Below, one piece after another: positions 44,428 through 53,675 of a DNA stretch of 64,000 nucleotides. The translations under genes and the position numbers were made by a program. The stretch is from Actinomycetota bacterium (GTDB taxonomy: Bacteria; Actinomycetota; Acidimicrobiia; Acidimicrobiales; VFJN01), in contig JBKPAA010000019.1 in assembly GCA_046726215.1 (NCBI GenBank), positions 27,379 through 91,378 of the forward strand, read 5' to 3'. How positions within the stretch are numbered: the first letter of the stretch is position 1; each line of letters opens with the position of its first letter. The notes beneath the pieces were generated by a model. It made no database searches. It was not told the DNA's origin and saw only the letters and a list, made by a program, of their open reading frames with translations.

Positions 44428-44461
44428 TTCGTGCTCGGGTGCCGCCGCTAGGGTCATCGAC

Positions 44462-44914
44462 ATGGTCAATCCAGGCGACAAGGCCCCCGACTTCGCGCTC
44501 CTCGACCAGGACGGGAACACCGTCAAGCTGGCCGACATGCGGGGCCGCAAGGTCCTCGTGTACTTCTACCCCAAGGCGGACACGCCGGGCTGCACCACGC
44601 AGGCCTGCGGCCTGCGGGACGTGCTGGGCGACATCGGTGACACCGCGGTGGTGGGCATCAGCCCCGACAAGCCCCAGAAGCAGAAGCGCTTCGACGACAA
44701 GTACGGGCTGGGCTTCCCGTTGCTGTCCGACGAGGACCACGCGGTCGCCGACGCCTACGGCGCCTGGGGCGAGCGATCGATGTACGGGCGCAAGTTCATG
44801 GGCATCGTCCGGTCGGCGTTCCTGGTGGACGAGCAGGGCAACCTCGCCGAGGTGTGGCCCAAGATCAGCCCCAAGGACACCCCCACCAAGCTGCTCGGCG
44901 CCCTCGAGGGATAG
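44462..44914 (+). CDS. bcp: Thioredoxin-dependent thiol peroxidase
   Basis: YFYPKADTPGCTTQAC, GISPD and LLSD motifs. Confidence 0.95.
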   Translation: MVNPGDKAPDFALLDQDGNTVKLADMRGRKVLVYFYPKADTPGCTTQACGLRDVLGDIGDTAVVGISPDKPQKQKRFDDKYGLGFPLLSDEDHAVADAYGAWGERSMYGRKFMGIVRSAFLVDEQGNLAEVWPKISPKDTPTKLLGALEG

Positions 44915-44983
44915 GCGCGACGGGCCGATCGCAGGGCGCCCCGCGGGTCGGCATCTCACGGCCCGCGCCGCCGCGGCGTTGAC

Positions 44984-45457
44984 ATGGCGGTGACGCTTCC
45001 CCCGTTCCAATCGCTGCTGGACGCCCACGCCCCAGACCTGCATCGATTCCTGGTCGCCGCTGTCGGCCCGCACGACGGTGACGACCTGTTCCAGGAGACG
45101 GTGATCTCGGCGCTGCGGTCGTACCGGGGCCTGCGTCACGCCGACAACCTGCGCGGCTGGCTGTTCACGATCGCCCACCGGAAGGTCATCGACCAGGCAC
45201 GCAGGCGAGTCCGGCAGGCGGTGCCCGCCGCCGATCCGCCCGAGGCTTCCCACCTGGACGCCGACACGCTCGGCGACGCCGAGTTGTGGGACGCGCTACG
45301 CCAGCTCCCGCCCAAGCAGCGATCGGCCGTCGTGCAGCGCTACCTGCTCGACCGGCCGTACGCGGAGATCGCGGCGGTACTCGGGTCCAGCGAGGACGCG
45401 GCCCGCCAGAACGTACGAGCCGGCCTGCAACGCCTGCGTCAGGAGGTGACGCCATGA
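44984..45457 (+). CDS. ECF RNA polymerase sigma factor
   Basis: DDLFQE, WLFTIAH, LPPKQR, YAEIA..LG region 4 HTH. Confidence 0.9.
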   Translation: MAVTLPPFQSLLDAHAPDLHRFLVAAVGPHDGDDLFQETVISALRSYRGLRHADNLRGWLFTIAHRKVIDQARRRVRQAVPAADPPEASHLDADTLGDAELWDALRQLPPKQRSAVVQRYLLDRPYAEIAAVLGSSEDAARQNVRAGLQRLRQEVTP

Positions 45458-46143
45458 ACGCCACTGAGCCCACGAACCCGATGGGCGATGTCCGCCACCG
45501 GTCCAACCACCGGGATCCCGATGCCGCCGGGGGCCTCGCCCTGGGCGAGCGGTTGCGCCGGGCCGCCGACACCGCCGCCACCGCCGACATCACCCGCCTG
45601 GTCGACGCGGCCCTGCGCCGGGCCGACGACGCAGGGCTGGTGGACGTCGGCTGGGTGGTCGAGGACACGCCCGTCGGCCCGCTCACCCTGGCGGCGACGT
45701 CCGCCGGCGTGGTGCGCATTGCGTTCGGCCACGAGGAGCTGGTGCTGGACGAGCTGGCGAGCGGCGTGTCGCCACGTGTCGTCCACCTGCCGGCCCGCCT
45801 CGACGAGGTGCGCCGCGAGCTCGAGGAGTACTTCGCCGGGCGCCGCCGGGCCTTCGACGTGGCGGTCGACCGGCGGCTGTCCCGGGGCTACCGTCGCACC
45901 GTCCTGGAGGCGCTGTCCCGCGAGGTGCCCTACGGCCGGACCGTCAGCTACAAGGAGCTGGCCGAGCGCACCGGCAACCCCAAGGCCAGCCGGGCGGTCG
46001 GCTCGGCCATGGCGACCAACCCGATCCCGATCGTCGTCCCGTGTCATCGGGTGCTGCGCACCGGCGGGGCCCTCGGCGGCTACGGCGGCGGGCTCGACAC
46101 CAAGGTCTGGCTCCTGCGCCACGAGGGCGCGCTGTTGGGCTGA
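45454..46143 (+). CDS. ogt: Methylated-DNA--protein-cysteine methyltransferase
   Basis: [27 protein letters not shown] active site, GGYGGG. Confidence 0.93.
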   Translation: MNATEPTNPMGDVRHRSNHRDPDAAGGLALGERLRRAADTAATADITRLVDAALRRADDAGLVDVGWVVEDTPVGPLTLAATSAGVVRIAFGHEELVLDELASGVSPRVVHLPARLDEVRRELEEYFAGRRRAFDVAVDRRLSRGYRRTVLEALSREVPYGRTVSYKELAERTGNPKASRAVGSAMATNPIPIVVPCHRVLRTGGALGGYGGGLDTKVWLLRHEGALLG

Positions 46144-46186
46144 CGGCGCCGCGCCTGCTCCGCGGCCGATCCCGTCGGCGGCCGGG

Positions 46187-46306
46187 TTACCCCCGCGGGG
46201 ACGTCGCGAGGCCCAGCTCGTGCTCCCGGCGGTCGATCGTCCGCCGCCGGTACACGAGCAGGCCTACCACCACCAACGTGGTCAGAACGAGGAGCAGCCT
46301 GCGCAC
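46187..46306 (-). CDS. 39-aa single-TM peptide (below the ORF-track cutoff)
   Basis: MRRLLLVLTTLVVVGLLVYRRRTIDRREHELGLATSPRG; -10-like TAGCCT 6 nt before the GTG. Confidence 0.6.
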   Translation of the reverse strand: MRRLLLVLTTLVVVGLLVYRRRTIDRREHELGLATSPRG

Positions 46307-46335
46307 GGCCACAGGCTAGGCTTATCCGTTCGTCC

Positions 46336-46410
46336 GCGGGCGTAGCCCAACTGGCAGGAGGCACGGGCCTCAAAATCCCGACAGTGTGGGTTCGAATCCC
46401 ACCGCCCGCA
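46336..46410 (+). tRNA. tRNA-Leu (anticodon CAA), short variable arm, CCA not encoded
   Basis: GCGGGCG/CGCCCGC acceptor stem, TGG D-loop, CTCAAAA anticodon loop, GTGGG-TTCGAAT-CCCAC T-arm. Confidence 0.92.
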
Positions 46411-46484
46411 CGAACCACCGCCGCCGGTCGGCAGCACCCCGTTGACCGTGTCGACGGGGGTGGGCGGGGGAAGGGTTGAAGCGT

Positions 46485-47147
46485 ATGGGCGTGGTGTTCG
46501 CCGATCGGCTCGACGCCGGCCGCCGGCTGGCCGAGCAGCTCGCCGACCTCGCCGGCGAGGACACCGTCGTGCTCGGACTCCCCCGCGGGGGTGTGCCGGT
46601 GGCCGCAGAGGTGGCACGGGCGCTGGGTGCGGCACTCGACGTGCTGGTGGTGGGCAAGATCGGGGTGCCCGGGCACGAGGAGCTGGCGCTGGCGGCCGTG
46701 GCCGACGACGGCCAGATCGCCCTCAACCCCGGGGTCATGGCGGCCGTGGGAATGACCGAGGTCGACGTCGAGGTCCTCGCCCGCCGGCACAAGGCGGCGC
46801 TCGCCCACCGTGCCGAGCAGTTCCGCGGTGGGGCGCGGGCGGTGCCGATCGAGGGCCGCACCGCCGTGCTGGTCGACGACGGCATGGCCACCGGGGCGAC
46901 CATGCGAGTGGCGGTCGACGTCGTACGGGGCCGGGGGCCGAAGACCGTGGTGGTGGCCGTCCCGGTGGCGTCGCCGGAGGCCTGCGCCGCAGTGGGTGAG
47001 ACCGCCGATCGCGTGGTGTGCCTGGCGGCGCCGCCGCACTTCCGGGCCGTCGGCACCTGGTACGACGACTTCTCCCAGGTGCCGGACTCGACGGTGCGGG
47101 AGATCCTGGCGGACGTTCCGGCCCGACCCCCACCCGCAGCCTCCTAG
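46485..47147 (+). CDS. Phosphoribosyltransferase-like protein
   Basis: FADRLDAG, LPRGGVPVA, VLVDDGMATGAT and AVG.WY.DF.Q motifs. Confidence 0.92.
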   Translation: MGVVFADRLDAGRRLAEQLADLAGEDTVVLGLPRGGVPVAAEVARALGAALDVLVVGKIGVPGHEELALAAVADDGQIALNPGVMAAVGMTEVDVEVLARRHKAALAHRAEQFRGGARAVPIEGRTAVLVDDGMATGATMRVAVDVVRGRGPKTVVVAVPVASPEACAAVGETADRVVCLAAPPHFRAVGTWYDDFSQVPDSTVREILADVPARPPPAAS

Positions 47148-48979
47148 CGCCGCAGGGCCGACGCCACGCGCGCCACGAGCTGGTCCGCCAGTGCCCGGTC
47201 GAGCGGCACCGGGAGGCCAAGGGACCAGTTGGGGCGTTCGTCGGTCGTGCCCGGCAGGTTGGGGCGGCGGGGCAGCGCCAGGGCGTCCTCCAGCGTGGCG
47301 GCGACCAGGGCGCAGGGCGACGCCGCCAGCCCCCGGTGCATGGCGACGATCACGTCCGCGACGGGCGCATCGACGTCGAGCCCGCTCAGCGCCACCAGCT
47401 TGTCGCGCAGACGGGCATGCGCGGCCTCGTCGGGTTCGACGCCCGCGGCGCGCTGGTCCGCGGCGTCGCGGCCGGACCACACGCCGGCGATCGTGGGCAG
47501 ATCGTGGGTGGTGACCGCCCCCAGCGCCTGGGCGGGGTAGTGCTCGGGCGGAGCATCTTCGAACCACACGAGCCGGTACGAGAGCAGCCCGGCGTCCCGC
47601 AAGCGGTCGCGCACCCCCTCCTCGACCGTGCCCAGGTCCTCCCCAACGACCACGGCCCCGGAGCGCACGCTCTCGACCGCCAGCACCGCCAGCAGCTCGT
47701 CCGCCGGGTAGCGCACGTAGGCGCCGTCGGTCGGCGAGCCGCCCGGCGGCAGACAGAAAAGGCGGAAGAGGCCCATCACGTGGTCGATGCGCAGGCCGCC
47801 ACCGTGGCCCATCGCCGCCCGCAACAGCGACGCCAACGGCTCGTAGGCGACGCCGCGCAGGGCGTGGGGAACGAACGGCGGCAGGCCCCAATCCTGGCCG
47901 CCCCGATTGAACTCGTCGGGCGGGGCCCCCACCCGCACGCCGAGCGCCAGCAGGTCCTGCAGGCACCAGGCGTCGGCGCCGTCCGGGTCGACGCCCAGCG
48001 CCAGGTCGGTGAGCAGCGCCAACGGCCTCTCGGCGCGCCGCAGCTGCTCGTCGACCAGGAACTGCACCCAGGCCCAGAACGCCACCCGGTCGGCGCGCTC
48101 CGCGGCGAACGAGGCCACACCGGTGGCGGACGGGTGCCGATGCCGGGGGGGCCACGAGCGCCAGCCCGACCCGTGGTGCTCCGCCAGCGCACAGAACCGG
48201 GCGTAGGCCTCCAGCTCGTTTCCCATCTGCGTCCGCCACCGCTCGAACCGCAGGTCGGGACCGAGCGAGGCCCACAGGTGGTCGAGTGCCCGCCGCTTGA
48301 GCGCCCACACGGCGTCGCGGTCGACCAGCGGCGCGCCGTTCAGCCGGCGCGCCTCGGAGCCCAGGGCCTCGACGGCGGCGTCGCCCCCGGCGCCGGGGAG
48401 CTCCTCGATGCGTAGCAGCAGGGGGTTGAACCAGCGGCGGCTCGACGGGAAGTAGGGGCTGGGCTCGACCCGCCCGACCGGTTGGGGCGCGTGCATCGGG
48501 CTGACCCCCAACATGCCGGCACCTCGCTCGGCGGACCAGGCCCCGAGCGAGCGCAGGTCCGCCAGGTCGCCGATGCCCCAACTTGCCGCGGAACGGCACG
48601 CGTGAAGCTGGACCGTGAGCAGCCACGATCGCAGCTCGCCCGGCAGGTGGCAGCGGCCGGGCGTCACGATCAGGCGCGTCGCACGGCCGCCGTCCAGGGG
48701 CCGCAGGTCGTGGTAACCGATGGGCAGGTCGGGCGGGAGCGCACCCTCGGCCCGCACCTCGTTGCCGTCCTCCAGCGCCAACTCGCAGGGACCGGACAGG
48801 GGGTCCGCCCGCCCGGCGTGCACTACCCGGACCGTCGGGCCGACCGACGGCGGCACGTCCGCGGCGTCGGCGGACCCCATCGCCGCGCGCAGGGCCGCGA
48901 TGGTTTCCGGGGCGATGGTGTGCCACCGTCCCCAGGCGTCCCAGTAACCGTCGTCGATGCCCCAGGGGTCGGTGGCCAC
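47144..48979 (-). CDS. malQ: 4-alpha-glucanotransferase (GH77)
   Basis: WGIGD, SPY, DLALG, GAPPD.F..GQ.WG, RIDH, GEDLG and TTHD motifs. Confidence 0.94.
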   Translation of the reverse strand: MATDPWGIDDGYWDAWGRWHTIAPETIAALRAAMGSADAADVPPSVGPTVRVVHAGRADPLSGPCELALEDGNEVRAEGALPPDLPIGYHDLRPLDGGRATRLIVTPGRCHLPGELRSWLLTVQLHACRSAASWGIGDLADLRSLGAWSAERGAGMLGVSPMHAPQPVGRVEPSPYFPSSRRWFNPLLLRIEELPGAGGDAAVEALGSEARRLNGAPLVDRDAVWALKRRALDHLWASLGPDLRFERWRTQMGNELEAYARFCALAEHHGSGWRSWPPRHRHPSATGVASFAAERADRVAFWAWVQFLVDEQLRRAERPLALLTDLALGVDPDGADAWCLQDLLALGVRVGAPPDEFNRGGQDWGLPPFVPHALRGVAYEPLASLLRAAMGHGGGLRIDHVMGLFRLFCLPPGGSPTDGAYVRYPADELLAVLAVESVRSGAVVVGEDLGTVEEGVRDRLRDAGLLSYRLVWFEDAPPEHYPAQALGAVTTHDLPTIAGVWSGRDAADQRAAGVEPDEAAHARLRDKLVALSGLDVDAPVADVIVAMHRGLAASPCALVAATLEDALALPRRPNLPGTTDERPNWSLGLPVPLDRALADQLVARVASALRR

Positions 48980-49027
48980 CGGCGCGCACCGTACCGGCCG
49001 CGCGCCGCTGAGCCCTCGGGCCCCGCT

Positions 49028-49915
49028 TCAGGGGCCGACGACGCTCGGTTCCGGCACCCGGGCCCGGGGCTTGCTGTTGACGGCGGCGATCCCGGCAGCC
49101 GTCAATGCGCCGCCGACGAGCAGGCGCGCCTCGAACCGCTCGTTGAGCACGACGATGCCGACGATGACCGCCACGACCGGGATTATGTACGTGACGAGCG
49201 ACGCCTTGGTGGCGCCGATGTCGGCGATGATCCGGTAGCTGAGGACGTAGGCGACGCCTGTGCCCAGGATCCCGAGCAGCAGTATCGACGCCACCCGGGT
49301 GGGTGTGAGCGACACGCCACCGGCCACCGACGTCGCCACCGCAACCGGGAACAACAGCACGGCACCGGTGGCGAGCTGGCCCGTGGCCGCAACGATCGGT
49401 GGATAGGACACGAGGTGGCGGCGCATGTAGACGAAGGCGAGGCCGTACCCGGCGCCGGCAAAGATCGCCGCCAGCGCACCGGCCGTCGACGATCCCTCCA
49501 GGTCGGTCGCACCCAAGCCGGCGGCCACCGCCACGCCGACGACCCCCAGTGCCAGGCCCGCGATCTGGACCGGTCGCAGCCGCTCGCCCAGCCCGATGGC
49601 GGCGAACAGCGCGGTGAACAACGGCGTCGAGGCGTTGAGGACGGCGGTCAGTGCCGACGTGATGTGCTGCTCGCCCCACGCCAGCAGGGTGAACGGGACG
49701 ATGTTGCCGGCGAGGGCCACCAGCGCGTAGTGGCGGAGCGAGGTCCGGTCGAGGGGGATCCGCCGGCCCTGGCTGTGGAGCACCGCGTACAGCACCGCCG
49801 CGCCCAGGGCGATCCGCGCCCACGCCACGGTCGTGGGGGTCAGCCCCTCGCCGGCCACCTTGATGAACAGGAATGACCAGCCCCAGATGAAGGCAAGGAT
49901 GAACAGGCGACGCAC
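49028..49915 (-). CDS. DMT/EamA-family transporter
   Basis: IWGWSFLFIK start, ten TM segments, duplicated EamA pattern. Confidence 0.9.
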   Translation of the reverse strand: MRRLFILAFIWGWSFLFIKVAGEGLTPTTVAWARIALGAAVLYAVLHSQGRRIPLDRTSLRHYALVALAGNIVPFTLLAWGEQHITSALTAVLNASTPLFTALFAAIGLGERLRPVQIAGLALGVVGVAVAAGLGATDLEGSSTAGALAAIFAGAGYGLAFVYMRRHLVSYPPIVAATGQLATGAVLLFPVAVATSVAGGVSLTPTRVASILLLGILGTGVAYVLSYRIIADIGATKASLVTYIIPVVAVIVGIVVLNERFEARLLVGGALTAAGIAAVNSKPRARVPEPSVVGP

Positions 49916-50024
49916 CCACCGCAGTCAACCAGGCCGGGTCCGCGAATCCGCCCGGATTACGCGCGGTGGCCCTCACGCCGCGAGCCGAGCGGGGGCCGCG
50001 GCGTCAGAACATAGACTCGCCCTC

Positions 50025-50321
50025 ATGCCCAAGTCGTTGGTCGAGAGGCGCCTCAGCCAGGTCGCCGGGCGCCTGCAGCAGCTGCGCGCCGAGCTCGAGC
50101 TCTCGGAGGAGCAGCTCGCGCACCTGGCCGATGCCGCCGATGACGCCCGGTTGCGGGCGCTGGTATCGGAGACGCCGGTCGCCGACGTCGACCACCGACA
50201 CGCGGAGCGGCACGCCGAGGCGATGCGCCGGCACCGCGCCGCGGTCTTCGACGAGATCGCCAAGTTGGAGCGCGACCAGGACGAGCTGCTCGACCGGTTG
50301 GTCCACGAATCCAGGCGCTAG
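50025..50321 (+). CDS. Coiled-coil hypothetical protein
   Basis: DDARLRALVSETP motif, heptad pattern, leaderless ATG after TAGACT. Confidence 0.75.
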   Translation: MPKSLVERRLSQVAGRLQQLRAELELSEEQLAHLADAADDARLRALVSETPVADVDHRHAERHAEAMRRHRAAVFDEIAKLERDQDELLDRLVHESRR

Positions 50322-50350
50322 AACACACCGGATCGAAAGAAGGAACGAGC

Positions 50351-50932
50351 TTGGCAACCCGCGTCGTCATCGCTGAGGACGAGGCCATCATCCGCCTCGA
50401 CCTGAAGGAGACCCTCGAGGAGGAGGGCTACGAGGTCGTCGGCGAGACGGGCCGCGGCGACGAGGCGGTCAAGCTGGTCCGTGAGCTGGAGCCCGACCTG
50501 GCGATCCTCGACATCAAGATGCCCGGCCTCGACGGCCTGGCCGCCGCCCGCGAGATCGCCGGCGAGCGCCGGGCCGCCGTGCTGATCCTCACGGCGTTCA
50601 GCCAGCGTGACCTCATCGAGCAGGCGCGCGATGCCGGCGCGCTGGCCTATCTGGTCAAGCCGTTCGAACGCAGCGAGCTGGTGCCGGCGGTCGAGGTGGC
50701 GTTGGGGCGGTTCCGCGAGATCCGGGCACTGGCCGACCAGACCGCCAGCCTCGAGGAGCAGCTCGAGACCCGCAAGGTGGTCGACCGCGCCAAGGGCAAG
50801 CTCATGGATGAGTCCGGCATGGGCGAGAGCGAGGCATTCGGGTTCATCCAGCGCCGGGCGATGTCGGAGCGGGTCACCATGCGGGCCGTCGCCCAGCGGA
50901 TCATCGACGGCGACATCAAGCCGGGGGAGTAG
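50351..50932 (+). CDS. pdtaR: ANTAR-domain response regulator (PdtaR-like)
   Basis: REC domain (AEDE, DIKMP, LTA, KPF) plus ANTAR RKVVDRAKG.LM; SD AAGGA before TTG. Confidence 0.92.
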   Translation: MATRVVIAEDEAIIRLDLKETLEEEGYEVVGETGRGDEAVKLVRELEPDLAILDIKMPGLDGLAAAREIAGERRAAVLILTAFSQRDLIEQARDAGALAYLVKPFERSELVPAVEVALGRFREIRALADQTASLEEQLETRKVVDRAKGKLMDESGMGESEAFGFIQRRAMSERVTMRAVAQRIIDGDIKPGE

Positions 50933-50972
50933 GCCGGGGGCGTGATAACGCAAGAGGTGTACTACTAGGTAC

Positions 50973-53675
50973 GTGGCCGACGACCCCCTCATCCTGATCG
51001 ACGGGAACTCCCTGACCTACCGGGCCTTCTTCGCCCTGCCCACCGACCTGTCGACCGCCTCGGGCCAGGTCACCAACGCGGTGTTCGGGTTCACGTCGAT
51101 GCTCATCAACCTGATGCGCGACCACGGCCACCGGCGCATGGCGGTGGCGTTCGACCGGCCCGAGCCCACCTTCCGCCACGAGCAGGTCGACACCTACAAG
51201 GCCAACCGCCAGGCGGCGCCCGACATCCTGCGGCAGCAGATAGGCCTGGTGCGCCAGGTGGCCGAGACCCTGGGGATCCGGGTGCTCGAGCTGCCGGGCT
51301 ACGAGGCCGACGACATCATCGCCACGCTCGCCACGCAGGGCCGCGACGCCGGGCTGGACGTCATCGTCGTCACCGGCGACCGCGACGTCTACCAGCTCGT
51401 CGAGGACCCGCACGTCAAGGTGCTCTACAACCGGCGCGGGGTGTCGGACTACGTCCTCTACGACGAGGCCGGCATCGAGGAGCGGACGGGCGTGCCGCCG
51501 GCCCTCTACCTGCAGTACGCGGCGCTGCGCGGCGACACCTCCGACAACCTGCCGGGCGTGCCGGGGGTGGGGGAGAAGACCGCCGCCAAGCTGGTCACTA
51601 CCTACGGCAACATCGACGGCATCTTCGAGCACCTCGACGAGCAGACCCCCAAGCTCCGGACCAGCCTGGGTGAGCACGAGGACCAGGTCCGCCAGAACAC
51701 CGAGGTCATGAAGCTGATCTGCGACGCGCCCGTCGGCGTGACCATCGACGAGCTCGATCGCCGCCCGCCGGACGTCGACGAGGTGCGGCGCCTGTTCGAC
51801 TTCCTCGAGTTCCACAGCCTGGGTGAGCGGCTGACCGAGGCGCTGGGGGAGGACCTCGGCGTGGGCCGGCCGCCGGCCGAGGTGCTCGAGGCCGGGGTGA
51901 CGATCCTCGAGACGCCGGCGGACGCGCTCGCGCTGCTCACCCGGCTGCGCCAGGACGCCGCGGGCGCATCGCTGGCCATGGCCGCCGCCTGGCAGGGCAG
52001 CGAGGGTCGCACGCCCCTGCAGGGGCTGGCGATCGTGACCGATCCGACGGCGGGCGAGGTCGCGTGGATCCCGATCGCGCTGCTGACCGACGACGCGGTG
52101 CGCGCCGAGCTCGCTCGACTCGTGGCTCTGCCGGGGGAGGGCGGCCGACCGGTCGCCGCCCACCAGGCGAAGGCGATGATGCGGTCCCTGCTCGACGCCG
52201 GCGTCGACGTGCGCTGCCTGGCCATAGACACCGCCATCGCCGCCTACCTGCTCGATCCCGCCGAGTCGCGCTACCTGCTCGACGAGGTGCTGCGCCGCTA
52301 CGCGTCGGCCGAGCTGCCCGCGGACGGCGCCGCGCCCGAGGGCCAGCTGGACCTGGACGGCTCGACGGTGTCGGCGGCCCAGCGCACCGCTCGCTACGCG
52401 TTGGCCGTCGACCGCCTGGTGGAGCCGCTGACCCAGGCGCTCGATCACCAGGCGCTGCGGGCCCTGAACGACGAGATCGAGGTGCCGCTGGTGCGGGTTC
52501 TGGCGCACATGGAGCACGCCGGCGTGGGTGTCGACGCCGACGAGCTGCGGGCGCTGCGGGACCGGCTGAACGCCGAGGTCGATGAACTGCGGCAGCAGGT
52601 GTTCGACGATGCCGGCACCGAGTTCAACGTGAACTCGACCCCGCAGCTGCGGGAGATCCTGTTCGACAAGCTGGGACTGACGCCGCAGAAGCGCACCAAG
52701 ACCGGGTATTCCACCGATGCGTCGTCGCTGGAGAAGCTGGCGGGGCAGCATCCGATCATCGAGCACCTGTTGGCCTACCGGGAGGTCGAGAAGCTGCGCT
52801 CGACCTACGGCGACGGGCTCCTGGCCGAGGTGGCCGACGACGGGAGGATCCACGCCACGTTCAACCAGACGGTCGCCCGCACCGGCCGGCTGTCGTCGGA
52901 CCAGCCCAACCTCCACAACATTCCCGTGCGCAGCGAGATCGGGCGGGAGTTCCGCAAGGCGTTCGTGCCGGCGCCGGGCTGCGAGCTGTTGGTGGCCGAC
53001 TACAACCAGATCGAGCTGCGCTGCATCGCCCACCTGGCCCAGGACCCGGGGCTGATCGAGAGCTTCCGCTCCGGCCGTGACATCCACACCGAGACGGCCT
53101 CGCGGGTCTTCGGCGTGGAGCCCGGCGCCGTCACCATCGATCAGCGGTCCAAGGCCAAGATGGTGTCCTACGGGCTGGCGTACGGCATGGAGGCCTACGG
53201 GCTGGGGCAGCGCCTCAACATTCCCACCGAGGAGGCGGCGCTGATACTCGCGGCCTACTTCGAGGCGTTCCCCTCGGTGAAGGAGTACATGGAGCGCACC
53301 GTGGCCGAGGCCCGCGAGCGGGGCTACACGGAGACGCTGTTCGGTCGGCGGCGCCAGATCCCCGAGCTGTCGTCGCCCAACTTCCGCATTCGCCAGGCGG
53401 GCGAGCGCCAGGCCATGAACGCTGGGATCCAGGGGCTGGCGGCCGACATCTTCAAGGTGGCGCTGGTGCGCCTCACGTCGGCGCTGGAGGAGTCGCAGAT
53501 GGACAGCCAGCTCATCCTCCAGGTTCACGACGAGGTGCTGCTCGACGTGCCCCCCGCAGAGCACGCCCGGGCCGCCAAGGTGGTGGTCGAGGTGATGACC
53601 GGCGCGGTCGAGCTCAGCGTGCCGCTGGAGGTCAACCTGGCGTTCGGGCCCAGCTGGGCGGACGCCAAGGGGTGA
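50973..53675 (+). CDS. polA: DNA polymerase I
   Basis: 5'-3' exonuclease (DGNSL, EADD, GDTSDN) plus Pol A motifs DYNQIELR, K...YG..YG, QVHDE. Confidence 0.97.
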   Translation: MADDPLILIDGNSLTYRAFFALPTDLSTASGQVTNAVFGFTSMLINLMRDHGHRRMAVAFDRPEPTFRHEQVDTYKANRQAAPDILRQQIGLVRQVAETLGIRVLELPGYEADDIIATLATQGRDAGLDVIVVTGDRDVYQLVEDPHVKVLYNRRGVSDYVLYDEAGIEERTGVPPALYLQYAALRGDTSDNLPGVPGVGEKTAAKLVTTYGNIDGIFEHLDEQTPKLRTSLGEHEDQVRQNTEVMKLICDAPVGVTIDELDRRPPDVDEVRRLFDFLEFHSLGERLTEALGEDLGVGRPPAEVLEAGVTILETPADALALLTRLRQDAAGASLAMAAAWQGSEGRTPLQGLAIVTDPTAGEVAWIPIALLTDDAVRAELARLVALPGEGGRPVAAHQAKAMMRSLLDAGVDVRCLAIDTAIAAYLLDPAESRYLLDEVLRRYASAELPADGAAPEGQLDLDGSTVSAAQRTARYALAVDRLVEPLTQALDHQALRALNDEIEVPLVRVLAHMEHAGVGVDADELRALRDRLNAEVDELRQQVFDDAGTEFNVNSTPQLREILFDKLGLTPQKRTKTGYSTDASSLEKLAGQHPIIEHLLAYREVEKLRSTYGDGLLAEVADDGRIHATFNQTVARTGRLSSDQPNLHNIPVRSEIGREFRKAFVPAPGCELLVADYNQIELRCIAHLAQDPGLIESFRSGRDIHTETASRVFGVEPGAVTIDQRSKAKMVSYGLAYGMEAYGLGQRLNIPTEEAALILAAYFEAFPSVKEYMERTVAEARERGYTETLFGRRRQIPELSSPNFRIRQAGERQAMNAGIQGLAADIFKVALVRLTSALEESQMDSQLILQVHDEVLLDVPPAEHARAAKVVVEVMTGAVELSVPLEVNLAFGPSWADAKG

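Noticed and set aside
46385..46410. tRNA 3' end as an integration site for a genomic island
   Set aside because: No duplicated tRNA 3' fragment or integrase seen; the downstream genes have host-like composition
46080..49976. 1298-aa minus-strand ORF and many other long Arg/Pro/Gly-rich ORFs in the track (e.g. 50916-53564, 54327-56756)
   Set aside because: Shadow frames of real genes, caused by the scarcity of stop codons at very high GC; no recognisable motifs, and they overlap well-supported CDSs and the tRNA
50006..50020. GAACATAGACTC as a LexA box
   Set aside because: The right half-site GTTC is missing; better explained as the TAGACT -10 box of a leaderless gene
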